Positions 49,560 through 62,727 of a stretch of 64,000 nucleotides of DNA are shown here, piece by piece; positions within the stretch are counted from its first letter, which is position 1, and every line of letters begins with the position of its first letter. Under the pieces are notes generated by a model. It was not told the DNA's origin. It made no database searches and saw only the letters and a program-made list of their open reading frames with translations. The DNA is from Oculina patagonica (Eukaryota). The stretch is from positions 29,946,001 to 30,010,000 of the forward strand of contig NC_135770.1 in the NCBI RefSeq assembly GCF_052425735.1, in the 5' to 3' direction. The position numbers were made by a program, and so were the translations under genes.

Positions 49560-50763
49560 ACATATATGTTATTTGCCGGCCGGGAGGTCGTATTGGGAAA
49601 AACTGTACCCGAGGTCTTGAGTACGGCCCGAGGCCGCAGGCCGAGGCCGTGCTCAAGACCGAGGGCAGTCCCAATACGGACCGACTAGGCCGGCAAATAA
49701 CCTTTTTATTTTTTTCTACTTTAATTTGTTTGGAAAAGAAACCAAGGAAAAATGTGTCGCAAAATCTTTTTTTTACGCGCGGATTTGATTTGATTTGATT
49801 TGAGTCCGACTTGATTGACGAGCAAGAATGAAGAATGCTTTGCTATTTAATTCCGAATGAAATAGCTTTACTTAAAATGAACCGTACTCAAAGAAAGGTT
49901 CAGCATATTTAATTTACATTGCAGAGAATCAAGAAAAGCAAATGAAGTCATAAATATATGCCGCAAAACTTAACACATTTAAATCGATTTCAGTCGGCTT
50001 CCCAAACATTTCTCGATAAATTCTCTTGAAAGAATTTTTGCTCACAGGGTGTTAAGGCTATTTCTCTGATTAAAAAATACTCTTTACTGGAAAGCAGTAT
50101 TTTAATCTATTCACATTTGTATTTAACAAATTACTAATCTCTGTACTTTTCCCAGCAGAATGTTATTCTGATAAACAGTGTCATACTGAATAAAATGCGT
50201 AGTGTCTACGTACGGCACAATATTGTGATAATTAATTTGTCCGTTTTTAATCAAAGAATCTCATTTCCTTGAATGATGGCAAATAGTGTTCTGCTTTAGC
50301 AAAACTTGACAGATAAACAAGGCAGTTAAACTCATAGATAGAGCCTAAAAACCGCGGTGAAGGTTACCGCAATGGCGTGAAAATCATTGCAAAATGCACA
50401 AACAACGCGACGGCAAACTACGAACGGTAAACTACAACTCAATTTTGTTGAGAAAGAAATAAATACTCGCCTTTTGAAGAACTTTGAGGCCTTTAATTCC
50501 ACTGCTTTTTAGTCCTTTTAAATTTACAACGGTTGGTAAACTCGAGTAAACAGCTATTTCGATTTTGGGGAGCAAAACTTTCATGTGTTCGTTCGTCTCG
50601 CTGCGCACTGATTTCGCGCGGAACTGAATCCCGTTCCGTTGATTCCCTGCGGCCCGCGTACCGTTGACCGCGGTCAAGATCGGAAAATTCCGCCCGCTCC
50701 CGGAACCAATCAGATTGCAGGATTTGGTTCATCTTGCCCGCTCACGCGCTGAGAAAAAAATAA
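49560..50763. mobile_element. Insertion absent from the paralog, with a large 5' palindrome (possibly non-autonomous Crypton-type)
   Basis: GTTATTTGCCGGCC...GGCCGGCAAATAAC foldback at 49568-49701; no TIR between the ends; TTAAT at both junctions. Confidence 0.5.
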
Positions 50764-50814
50764 ATTAATATATTTCCCACTTACAATATTTACTTACGGT
50801 GAATTACCTACAAT

Positions 50815-51291
50815 CAGAAACCCATAAGGGTTGAAACGTATAACTCCTTATGATTTGCATTGTACAAAGCGTTTGCACATTCGTTTGCACTAAGTACCAT
50901 ATTTAAAAAATCACGAGAAACATTTAACCAATCAAAATTATAATATTTGGATTAAATAGCTCGCGCTTGATGGCGTAATCTTGTTTTTTAACAAGCTTGG
51001 TTAAATAAAGTTAAATTTGGTTAGATTCCCCTGTTGCATCTTCATGAAGTAGTCTGGAGAACTTCGCTACGATACACCTACTGAATTTCTTTAGTTTCTG
51101 TAAGAAATTTACAGCGTTTAGGTCGGAATCCAAGCAACTTACCACAAAACCAAAAATTATATTGCGTGTGTCATTACGTGTATAAAGCATTCGCGTACAA
51201 ATTCTTCGTGTTTCCAAATATGGTACTTAGCAAAATGAATATTCAAACGCTGTGTGCGCGCGTTACACGTTTCAACCCTTATGGGTTTCTG
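50815..51291. mobile_element. MITE with 7-bp TSD (P-element-like CA..TG ends)
   Basis: TIR CAGAAACCCATAAGGGTTGAAACGT; TSD CTACAAT; empty site in the paralog at ~21309. Confidence 0.8.
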
Positions 51292-54200
51292 CTACAATAT
51301 AATACTCGTATAACCCTGAAGATAATAACCATCACTAAGCTATGCGCCAGAACCTTCGCATTTTAAGTGAAATTGAGTTGTTTTAATATTTGCTGATCAT
51401 AATTCACTGGAAGAATTGAGTTTTGGAAGTTAAAACAATCTTTGTAACTTGCGCAGTAATGAACGTAAAACAAAAATTCAAGTGTCTTCAGAAAGGAATT
51501 AGCAAGTGGCATATTTTTAGCTATAAGCCAAATGATACTTCCTATAAATAATGCCCCTTTATAAACTACTGGTGAGGATGTTTCTAAATATATATTTTTC
51601 TGCAGACAAACTTGAGGGCCTTGATACTTGTTCCCATAGCTGCAGGTTTTTATGGGATGGATTCGGTCAATGGAAAAATAACCAGTGGAAGCAACATCTT
51701 GAAGGTTGGAACTGTTTAGGTATTGATACTTTTAGCAGACGCGCCCTTTAGAAACGTCCGACAAAACCTGTCAATGTTCTCGTATCCTCAGCATGGTGAC
51801 CTGTGGTAATCCAGCCGGAAGGGTTCAGTATCTCAGCTGAAAGTGTATATCATTAAAATAAGTTCTATGGAAGATTTTTTTTCGATGTGAACAAAACACG
51901 ATATTTTGAGCAATTTTTAAAAAAGTTCAAATTTTTACAAAGGGCTCTTCCACTGACGACATTTTTATAAATAGTACAAGACAATAAGATGCACAACACT
52001 CACTATTTTCCTTTATTTTATATAAAATTTAAGAATCCAAAGTAACGCGTGTCCCAAAAACTACGTCACATGACGTCACATGCCTCTCCTTGTGAGCCCG
52101 TCGACTTGCTGATCCGCGGGAGTGGTTCACAAAAAGTTAAGAACTTAAGAAATCGTAAAAAAATCGCGTTTTTCAACCCATTTGTTTCACTTCTTTTGGT
52201 AATATGTTATTTTGCTTGATCAAGGAAAAATAATAAGGTTATGGGCAATTTAAGGATAACAATTTCTCTCCAGTTGTGAAAAGTAACAGAAGAATAAAAT
52301 TGGCGCCGCAATGGTCGTCAAGGAAATCGAACTGTTGAAGGTGAAAACCTCAGTTTTGTGTAGGCTATGCAATGAAAGTCGCTCAAGAGCTTTGCATGCC
52401 TGTTGCTCACTGCTGTCTGCTTTCATAAGCAAATTTGCGAGAGAGTGATTCTCAAAATAGTGGGGATGATAGCTCCAAAAGTGCAGAATAGCACTTAAAG
52501 TAATAGTTAAAAAGTATGCGGTTATATAAATCTATAAGCCGGGAACAGGATGTGATCCAAGAGCAAATTCCTTGCAGCGTTTTAACACAAGGAAGCTTGT
52601 CTGTGGGAAGTGCCATGTGAATTATTTTATGATATTAGGGCATTTCTGTTTACACGAACGTAGACAAGTACCCCAGGGCCCCTCGTATACTGCGTTCGTA
52701 AACAACCGGGACGCTCCAAACAAGGGTGACTGGAGAACTGGCTATCTTGTGTAATTGTCGATGCCACTTACTAATATATATATATAATTTATTTATTTAC
52801 AACAGAGTCTTACACTTGGTCAATGCCGCAAAATTACACAAAGTCCGGAACCTTTTGGATCTACGGTGATTCGTTGGGCCTTCTGTTTTTCAGGTCCGTC
52901 CGGAATCAGTCCTTATGCAAATCACTCTATGAACAGTGTAAAAACAGTTACATTTATATTTATCCTTTTGGCAAGGCTGGAAAGAATTCTGATCTTGATT
53001 TCAAACCTTCAAAAGTCATCGAAACCATAGTCAAGGTTCTTCGCAGGCCAGAAATGCAGAAAGAGGAAAGTGCCTTGCTTCTAAACCTTGTCGTTCATTT
53101 TGTAAAAGATGTCAATTTTACCACTTATCAGAAGCTTATAGATGACTTGATAGTGGTTTTGAAGGAAACGGAAGTTAATCCACAAGGCGAGAGAGTTCCA
53201 AAGTATAAGGCTAAAATCATTTGGAAATCATCCACTGCCATCTGCAAGGAAAACGCCAAGTCATTAAACAAGACCAGCTTTCGATTCTTCACCACTCAGG
53301 TTTGTCACTACAGGTGAATTACCTGGCGATAGCCCACTAATAAACCATCACGACAGTTCATTCGTGTCACGCTTTGTGATAGTTAGACTATCAGTCAATG
53401 GAGCCTTGTATCAATTGAACGCTGATATAAATAATGGAAGGAAATTTCATAGCAATGCATCCTGTAGTGAGGTATTGGTACGGGAAAGAAGTGTAATACT
53501 AATGCTCATAGGCGGCGAAGCAGGAGGGGAGGGGGGCAGCGGCGCTTTATTTTCCCCAACCGAATTTTTTTTGTGTGTGTGGGGGGGGGGGGCTCAGCCC
53601 CCTCACGATTTGGTGCCGAAAATATCGCGAGAGCAGCGTAAAATTGGTTTGTCAAGATGTTCCGTCTCGTGGGTGAGCTCTAACGTCTTCGAAACTTCTT
53701 CGGGAAATTTCGTTTATCTTCGGAAAAGTTCGAAAAATGATCAGAAACGTTCGTATGGCCTTCGAACAACAATCGGAGAATTCTCGGACATCTTTGGTCT
53801 AGAAACTGCTCAGAAACAAAATGTTGCTAGAACGGAACAAAGTTGCTCCAAATTTGAAATACTGCCGAGTATTTTTGAAACAGTTTTAGCCCCCTCCCCT
53901 CCCCCCACGTTCTAAAACACGAGAGGCACATAAGGTCGCTAAAGCTAACTCTGTCCCTGGGGGAAACTTAATGCGGACTCTTCCCCAATGCTTACTTCCC
54001 TGAAGCAACTGTACTATCCAGAAAAAGAGACATATATTTTATCAGGCAAAGCTAACTAACATTATTTTCTCTGTTCTCTCCTTTTAGCGGGTTGCCCTCT
54101 TCAGCGCCTACTCCATGTCGGCCATGTGTAAAGCAGGGTTTGACGTCATAGACGTGTATCCGCTGACCGATTCCTATCCACTTAGATGCAGAGATCATGT

Positions 54201-54698
54201 TCACTACTCTGACCAAGTGTTTGGCATGCTGGAGAGAATGCTTGAGCAGTATAAAGTGCATAACAACAAAGGACCCGAAAGAAATGAACGAAATGGTAAA
54301 ATAAAGCGATGTATAAGTCAAGAAGAGTTTTGAAAGCGTAAATAGAATATGATCTTGATGGAAGAGAGCAAAGCACTTGCTCCGAGGAAGGGCTAACGCT
54401 CGAAACAATAGAAGATTTTTTTCGTTCCCTCAATCCCTCCATGGTCTACAGCATCGCAATGAAAAACTATACAACTTCTGCAATTGCAACAAAATTGAAG
54501 ATAACTCACTTTTTGTTAGATTGCCCAGTTTATTCTCTGGTACGAGACATATTCTTCTCTAAAATAGAACCCAAACTCCCATTACTAAGACTACTACCAC
54601 GCGATACACTATTATCACATCTTTTGAGTTCCACTGACTACAGTGTAAACATTAAGCTAATTTCATTTATCTCGGCACGCTTTGAATTGAGAGACAAT

Positions 54699-55332
54699 GG
54701 CTGCGGTCACATCTAGACTGCTAACTATAGTTAAGACGGCGTTAACTATAGTTAGGTATTTCGGTAATGTGACCGCTTCTCTGTTCACCCTAACTATAGT
54801 TAGAAAATTTACGCCTCGCTGATCCAAAACAATACAGACTAACTATAGTTATACCCTAGCAGGGTTCATGGGTTAGTTTTAAGTTTACAAACGAAAAACC
54901 AATCAGAATGCGACAATTCTTTTCGCACGTGCGAGATGAATATAAATATGCGAAAAAAAAGCGTGAAGGGAAGGAAAAAAAAAAGAAAAACAACATGCCA
55001 AGAAATTACATATCACCAATGTTAGCAAAAATAAAGCTTGAATTCTTCGGCTTCTAGCATCCTTACTTCACTTTATTTTCTTCGACGCCGAGGTGCCGTG
55101 CAAAAATAGAAAAAATAGAGGAACAGCTAGACATAGATAAACAACAAGGGCTGTCATGAACTAATTTAAATTCGAAATTATTCAAAAGCTAATCAGAACT
55201 AACCATATAGTTAACTGCATTGGTGTGACCGCAAAGACGACCGAAAGTACTAACTATAGTTAGGTATGACGTCACGTAACTTGAGACTAACTATAGTTAA
55301 ACTTTAGTTACGTCGTAGATGTGACCGCAGCC
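54699..55332. mobile_element. MITE with 3-bp TSD and repeated TAACTATAGTTA palindromes
   Basis: TIR GGCTGCGGTCACATCTA; TSD AAT; empty site GACAATCTC at ~25612. Confidence 0.85.
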
Positions 55333-55839
55333 AATCTCGTTACAATGATCACCACTTCGAAAAGTTAAATGAATAGTTATTGTTAGTAATTCTTTCATTT
55401 TGTTATTGTTATGTTTTGTCTACTTTACTAGATATCTTAATTAATGAAATAATATGTAATTAAACTTAAGTAGCTTTTGCAATACTACCAAATTCCTATG
55501 TAGTCATGCAAATACAGCTTGTTGTTGTTGCATCTACTAAGGAGATTTCACCACGTAAGATAGCACCCCTCTTCAACAGCTAAGATTCCATCCTTCAGTA
55601 ACATCAGTGAAGGAGACAGAGATAAGTTCCCCCGCTAAGAATAAATTCATCGATTTAGGCGCGCATATTGCGAAGCTGGAACAACCAATAAAATCTCTAC
55701 AACTCGAAAATAAACATGTTTTAAAAAACGTCGACGAACTGCTCACAAAACCAGTTCGCAATAACACACAGGATTTCCAAATCATCAGTTTATACTGCTT
55801 GTACAGTCAGGAATGGATAGGTACTTATAAAATGTGAAT

Positions 55840-56070
55840 TGCTCGGGGTCCGGGGTCATTGTGTTATGTTATTGGATAAAACACTTTACTCTCATAGTAC
55901 CCCTCTTCACCCAGGTGTATAAATGGTTACTGGCGAACAAATACTGGGGGTAATCCTGCGATGGACTAACATCCCATGCACTGGGTAGTAGAAATATTCC
56001 TAGTTGCTGCAGAAACTGGGATTAGCTCCGGCAATATGGGCCACTTGGCTCGATGGGGGCTTTACCTATC
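55840..56070 (+). mobile_element. Degenerate SINE body
   Basis: ACACTTTACTCTCA..CACCCAGGTGTATAAATGG and CCTGCGATGGACT..CATCCC resemble conserved central domains of invertebrate SINEs (recalled, not searched). Confidence 0.5.
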
Positions 56071-56229
56071 ATATCTCATTTCATGATTGACACATTTTCT
56101 TTTGTTATTTAACATACAACCCTGTTGAGTATTAACTAACTGAAAGTCCGGGTAGGGCTTGATAATGTAGCAGGGAAGAGCGGGGCTTATAAATTGAATT
56201 TATGAATAGGAATGAGGGATTTATTCGTA

Positions 56230-56730
56230 TAAATCCCTCCTTTCAGGGCTTTTCAATGGCGAACTTCTACGACCAATTTGCTGAGCCAATAATTTAGTTC
56301 CTCGTTTTTAGTGATATCGAGACTTGTCAGGACTGACTTAGGGAAGTGTAACTCCAGTTTCGCTTCGATTGCATTCCGTTTCGCTCCATTCATTCCGTTT
56401 CGCTCCTCCGCCCATTCAGTCCAAGACGAACTGCCCACGATTTTTTTACTCCTTTACTCTTGTATTTGACGTTATTCTAGATTCCTTCCTCTCATTAAGT
56501 TCTTCATCATCCACTATGCAAATTTGCCTGTGTGTCGCTTTCGGTCTATCCTTGAAGCTTCCCTCAGAAACAATTTTGTTAATTCTTCCGCACACGCATT
56601 TCTTGAAGCAGGCTCATCACTGCCTACTACTGGGTCGAAAATAGAATCAAAACTAAAATTGGGTATTTCTTGCGAACAACTATTTTGGGTCAGGAAAAGC
56701 TCCTCTTCGCTGTCCGTGATGTCCATAATG
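56230..56730 (-). pseudogene. Crypton-like (DUF3504-associated N-terminal region) remnant
   Basis: EELNYWLSKLVVEVR, WTEWAEERN, acidic MDITDSEEELFLTQ start; fragmented. Confidence 0.5.
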
Positions 56731-57545
56731 ACAAACAATAAGCAAATGAATGAGTTGTTTGAAAACCATTCGTTCCGTCCTGGTGTACCGAAAAAACTCG
56801 TAAACAAGAATAATAATAAAAAACACATCAACCGAGAAACAAAGAAAATACAATGCTTGGTCCCTGCTGGAGTCGGCAAAATATCAAAGTACAAAGAAGT
56901 CTATCGCTTTCCGCTCACGAATTCTCAAAACAATTTCTCACAGTCCTGTGAAAAAAAATCCCACATTAGGTCGCTTTTATTGTCTCTGACTAGATCCGAT
57001 GAAGGTGCGAGTGTACTTATTAGCCGGTATTTGTCTCCTTGAAGAAAAGGTCGTTATTTAAAGATCCCTCATGAAATAAGTCAGATAAATACCTCGAACG
57101 TCGGTATTAATCCATATACATCCATATGGATTAATACCTCCGTTCTCGGTAAAAATGTATCTCAGACTGAAGGAGTTTTTATTTACTAGCTTTACAATAT
57201 TTGGCAAAAACTGCGACTGGAAAGGTGATTTTTTACCTGGTTTTATTAAAAAATGTGCTGGCTGTTGGTTTCATAGTAAAAAAGCGTGGTTACACAGATA
57301 CACATTTCAGGGGATCGTCATTGCATATATTTCTTTTGATGCTGAGTGTTTTGCAACTACTTGTTAGAATTCTAAGCACTTTACTAAATATTTCAAGGCA
57401 CTAGCAGTGTCAATTAAAGCGTGTACTGTGGCAAAAACAGGCACAGTCACTGTTATGGCGCAACTGGCACAGTCACCGCAAGCAGTATCAGTGGATGGCA
57501 ATTTGTACTTACTTTTGACATGAAACCTGCTATGTAATGATTTAA

Positions 57546-58149
57546 CCCTTTCAGTGCTAAATTTCTCCAAAAACAGGCTTTTTTTCAACCGTTAAACTGA
57601 ATTTTTGATGCTACGATCCTGAATTTCCCTTAACTTTGCTTAAAAAGCACTTTTCCACAATGCAGCAAGATTTTGATGAAGATTCCATTGGAAAATGTAC
57701 AAAATTGTACTTTGGCGCATGCGCTTAAGCTAAAATTTGGACTTTTTTTTTTGCTAAATCGTTTCCCATTTTTTTTTTCTTGCTCCTTTTCCTTTCGTTT
57801 CTCTCGGCTTTGTCATTTCCACTTCTTTCTACTGTATCCGTCCTTCCTTTAGACCAAAAAAGTTTTGATTAAAACATTAGTAAACCCTGAAAAGAAGACC
57901 TCGATCTTTTACAGGTGTTTTGGCCTGTTTAAGCACCGATTTTGCACCAAAAAGTGATTGACTTTTTCTCGATTAGCTCTGTCAGGATGCGACCGATACG
58001 CAAAATGAATAGTTCTTTAAAAAGGTCAAACCTAGCTCTATCAGATGCTTATCACCAAAATCTGCTGACTTTCAAATTGATGACGTCACAAGTGGTTCAT
58101 TGACTGCTCCTCCAAATGTCGACAAAAGTCGACTTTAGCAGTGAAAGAG
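57546..58149. mobile_element. piggyBac-type MITE
   Basis: TTAA-CCCTTTCAGTGCTAAA ... TTTAGCAGTGAAAGAG-TTAA. Confidence 0.7.
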
Positions 58150-58266
58150 TTAAACCACCTACACTGTACGTTCATTACAAACATAATTTAACGTTTTTAG
58201 TATATAATTTCAATAACTCAAAATATTTACAGTAACTTACATTTACAGCTCTTTACTGAAAGCTAA

Positions 58267-58993
58267 AGCCCCATTTACACGCGCTAAAAATTAATTGGCA
58301 CGGCAAATTTTTGGCACCGTGTCCAAACCATTTCGGCACGGCACTACCCATGTACACAACCAAAACAGCAAGGTTTTCTCCTGCTTGGCACGGTTCCAGT
58401 TTTTATATCGCATCCCTACTGGAATGCAGAAAAATGTTTTGCTGTGATTGTTCATCTTGCTTTCAGTACAAAACATGAATTTTATCGGAAAGGAACGAGT
58501 TGTCGACCATTCAACATATTCAAGAGTGTTCAGGGGCAAAACAAATCGACATCTGAAAGGAGTTGACGAAATCAGAAGAAGAAGATTGAAAATAAATGGC
58601 TTTTTGCAGTGATGGTGGAAGTGGCTTTCACACCGCGATTTTTTTTAAAGCGGGAGCTTTCTCTTATTTTCTTCCTCGGTGGCATTCTCATCCCCCAGAA
58701 CTTCTCTTTTTTGTACTCTTTTCGCCGACCACGTGACTAAAAGAAACAAAGTCTCTAGCTTGGGGCGAGAATACGGCACTGGCCGCCATTTTCGTAGAAA
58801 TTACGCATGCGTCACAATTGTTTTCGGCACGGTGCCTCGATTTACCCGCGCCGAGAGAAATTGGGTACTGGTGCCACATCTTTTTGGGACCGGAACGTTA
58901 ACACGTCGATAATTGGGAGTGCCGTGCCCAAAATTGTCGGCACGGTGCCAAAAATTTGCTGTGCTGATTTTTTTTGCGCGTATAAATGGGGTT
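58267..58993. mobile_element. Harbinger-type MITE with GGCACG repeats
   Basis: TIR AGCCCCATTTACACGCGC / GCGCGTATAAATGGGGTT, flanked by TAA. Confidence 0.7.
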
Positions 58994-60810
58994 TAAGAAA
59001 TAATGAAAATGGCGACCTTTTTCAAAAGTCACACGCATACAAAGAAATTTATTGTTTCCAGTCTCTCACAGCGTCCATCCGGGACTTTCAGCGAAGAAAA
59101 GACACGGATGAAGCATCGATGGCCATTTTGAAAGTTGCGAAATTTACATCTTTGGATTAAGCTTGTATAATCGACGATGTAGTTACGATTTTTGCGGTCA
59201 GATTTTAACGTAAGTAAAGAATAAGCGTTATTTATTTATTTTTTTATTTCCTCTTATTAGATGCTGCAGACCATGGAAAGATTGAATTGAGGGAATGGAA
59301 ACATTTTTTTTAATGTCTTTAGGGTTATCCCTTCGTCGGAGCAACGAAGGCCTAACGCTGAAAATGTCAGCTTTCTAAAATTCACTATGGGGGTTTATTT
59401 ACTTTGATCAACTCCCAGTTGATTAAACCAGTTTTTTTAGAATCTAATAGCGTTGTTCAAAGTTGTTGAGTAGTCACCTGTAAAAAAAAAAACATATAAA
59501 GAAGGGGGGGGGGGGGTGTTCGATACATGTGCAAACGGTTTAGCCCTTTTTGTTTTGAAGCCCGAAGTCTAACGCCTTAAAACTCCGAACAAAAATGTCG
59601 ATCTCGTTCCTCTGACTCAATGCAGAGAAGCCCTGGATGACCTGGAGCACAGAACATTTTGGACGGGTGTCCAAAATGGAGCCCTGCACCTAGCACCTTT
59701 AGGTCCCCAAACCCAAACCCGATCCCCAAACCCTTTAAAACTTGAAACAGATAACATCGTCTCTTAGGAACAAAGAAGTCTTTCGTTTTTATAGGATAAG
59801 TCTTAGGTGAAAGAGATTAACTGAACGGGAGAGTGTTCGAGTATTTTTCAAACGGAAGCATAAAAATGAGAATTTGAGTGATATCTGTGCAACACAGAAA
59901 AAAACAACGATAATAAAAGGAAAAGGTAAAGATCATTACATGTAATCAGGGAATTTATGATATCAAAAACCTTATGTTAATGAGGAAATCTTTTTTTAAG
60001 GAGTAACAAGCGTAGGCCTACTTATTAGTTACATGTATATCTCATAAAAAAGATACTAAACCCAGCCAGAGATATTTGTACATTTGTGTATATTGATGCA
60101 AAAATGCATTTATTTTCTTCTACTACTTTTTAAAGCATAGTCATTACATTTACCGATACCCTTTGTTTTAATTTCTATGACAGAAATATCGTTACGCCTA
60201 AACACCTGGAATTTTCAGTTATGAGAAAAACATGAACGAGCTAAACACTTTTCTTTCTCCCTCTCTTCTTTTTTTTTTTTTGCTTCTTTTGTTCTCAGGT
60301 TTTGAAATGTAAGCACCTTATGTCATACTTCTATTACCTCTGCATTGCAGACTCACTGAAATAACAAGGTGCAAAACGCTAGCAAATAACATTAAAATAA
60401 GTTGAATCACGCACTGTTCTACTAGACTTCACTTCAGTTTGGAAGCCACTATTTGGCTCGTCACGAAACTCATTTCCGGGGGAACGCAGCGTGACACGTA
60501 CACTGGAAGGGCAGGAAGATCAAGTGTCACGCAACGCATCTCCAGGAGAATACAGTGCGACAAACTCGAAAGTAAAGGTTAAAAGCAAAAAAACACTACT
60601 CAGCTAGATGCACTGACGAAGAACGAACCCTAGTAATGTCAGTTGTTTTACCTCAACGACTCTAAGCCTCCTACACACTACATACTATGGATACCGAGTT
60701 AGATTACGGCACTAATTATAATGAGCAGTTCTTCAGAACTGCTATCTCTATTCAGCTTTAATCGATCAACAGACACCTGCATAATAATGTGCCTGAGTTC
60801 GTGTTGCATT

Positions 60811-62727
60811 CTACAGGAACAGAACGCCGAACAGCGCTATCAGCAGCACAAGCTCAGTAGCGGGAGAGGTCACCATGGCACCCGCTGTGGGAGCGGGAGG
60901 GGCTGGTGTACTTGCCCTTTTGACACCGACGCATGACTCCAGTGCCTCCAGATCTTTGACGAAATCATCTCCAAGGTAACCCATGTAGGTTTGTTTGTCG
61001 TCCGCGATGCCCTCTAGCTCTGTAGTGGAATCGTCGAAGATCAAATCAGAGCCACTGAAAGTGGTGGAGTTGAACAGTTGGAATTTTTTCCAGTCTCTCT
61101 GCTTGTCACCGTACCAGTCACTCATCTTCGTTAAAATCTCAGTGATGTTCGTGATGTTGCTGTTGCCTCTTCTTGTAACCACTGCATGCGCGGGACTGTA
61201 GCCGAGGTTGCAAGTCCGGAACTGTCCAATGGCTGATAGAAGATGATAGATACTATTGTAATATGTTGTACAAATCTGTACAAGGTGGTTCTTACTTTTA
61301 AGTTTGAGAATGATATCAAATTGCGTGACTATTCAGTTCAAATGTTTTCACTGGGCACAAGAACAAGTAACAACAAGCACAACCACAAGCACAAGCAAAA
61401 GCGCAAACACAAGATACAAGCACAAGCACAAGCAACAAACACAAGCACAAGCACAAGCACAAGCAAAAGCAAAAGCGCAAACACAAGATACAAGCACAAG
61501 CACAAGCACATAGACAAGCACAAGCACAAGTATAAGCAAAAGCATAAGCACAGGCATAGGACGCATGAGTATCAAGCGCATGAGACAGGGGCACCCAACG
61601 AGAAAATTTTACTATAGGTGTCGAAACACCGTGCCCTTTTTGTGCGTTTTAAAGCCTTATTTTTAAACGCTAAGAAAAGTGTATCTTTTCGGATACGCTG
61701 AGCTGAACTTTCGAACTTCAGAAAATTTTAGCGAACGAAATACTATTACCCGAATTTACGAGCCACTGTTACCTTCTCGAAAATCGTAGCTGGCCTTTTT
61801 TCGTACTCGAAACAACATTTTTCTCTCTCCGAAAAAAACAGGCATTGCTTTTCCCATGGCACGAAAGTTTGAGTTGTAGAAATCTCCAGTTTTTCATCAC
61901 ACTTTTATCCGAAAATCGTAGGCAACTATAGGTCTTCCGAAAAGATATTCACCGAAACGGTCTGTTGGGTGCCCCTGATGAGAAGAAAGAACACATCCAT
62001 TTTTCTTACGCTGTCCTCACTCGCGCGGAATAAGTATAAGCAGTAGAAAGCAAAATTTGTACTTCCTTTGGTAATTATGCTTATTCCTTGCATGTGAGGA
62101 CTTTCGTTCTTCTTATTCCCTTTTGTTTGAGCTTGTGCTTACGCTTGTGCTGGTACATGTATGCCAAGTGGAAAGCGGCCTTAAAATCTGTGAATTACGT
62201 TTACCTTTATGTGTAACGTCTCAATGGAAAGCTTCTGAGAAGGACTTTTATTTAGTATTCTATTAAATTTATTATGTTGTACAATTAAGTTTGGTTTTAA
62301 CTTAAGGCGATCAATCTTTGCGCGTAGTACTGTATGGCGTACAATGTGCTTCTGAAATTTATCTGTAGATGAAACCCTAAATATTTTCCAAGATGAAATT
62401 TCACCTTTGTTTTTTATTTTTGGTAAAAAACGTTGAACAGCATAATAATTAATGTATCGCTTTATGTTGGCATCATCGTTTTACCTTTTCTAGTTCCATC
62501 CTTGCATAGGTACTCGTAATTCGCCGAGTTTCCATATTCTCCACTCGTCGCCATCTTTTCCGCAATTGAATGTTTCAGAAAGGCCACATCACCTTTCCCG
62601 TCCGCCATGCACTTAAAGGCTCCGGAATGGCTTACGTACTTATTAATGGACGAGTTTGTGGAACATTTATCGGCCCCTGTACCAGCACACAGTGCACATA
62701 GGTTGCTAAATGCTGTAGAGTCGACCC
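60811..62727 (-). CDS. Melanotransferrin-like (transferrin family) gene, last two exons 62727-62485 and 61232-60811; the gene continues upstream
   Basis: NLCALCAG, GAFKCMADGKGDVAFLKH, YEYLCKDGTR, CNLGYSPAHAVVTR, DLIFDDST; hydrophobic C-terminal GPI-like signal; phase-compatible GT-AG sites. Confidence 0.88.
61345..62182. repeat. GCACAA-rich MITE/microsatellite in the transferrin intron
   Basis: (GCACAA)n at 61355-61560 and TTGTGC at ~62130; same type as 631-1162. Confidence 0.65.
61586..61977. mobile_element. hAT-like MITE with 6-bp TSD
   Basis: TIR CAGGGGCACCCAAC; ATGAGA on both sides. Confidence 0.75.

Larger units (their letters stand above)
46898..54333 (+). pseudogene. NXPE-family gene, copy 2; exons 46898-47708, 51606-51704, 52806-53299, 54088-54333
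   Basis: Paralog of copy 1. Exon 1 has frameshifts (~14-nt deletion at ~47088; net -4 indel at ~47651). Exons 2-4 are open with YGDSL and DHVH. Confidence 0.8.

Noticed and set aside
53364-53915. 183-aa ORF in the NXPE intron
   Set aside because: It lies in repeat-derived intron sequence and the frame is not kept in the paralog.
61243-61617. His/Lys-rich or Cys/Ala-rich ORFs (also 756-941)
   Set aside because: They are translations of GCACAA simple repeats.
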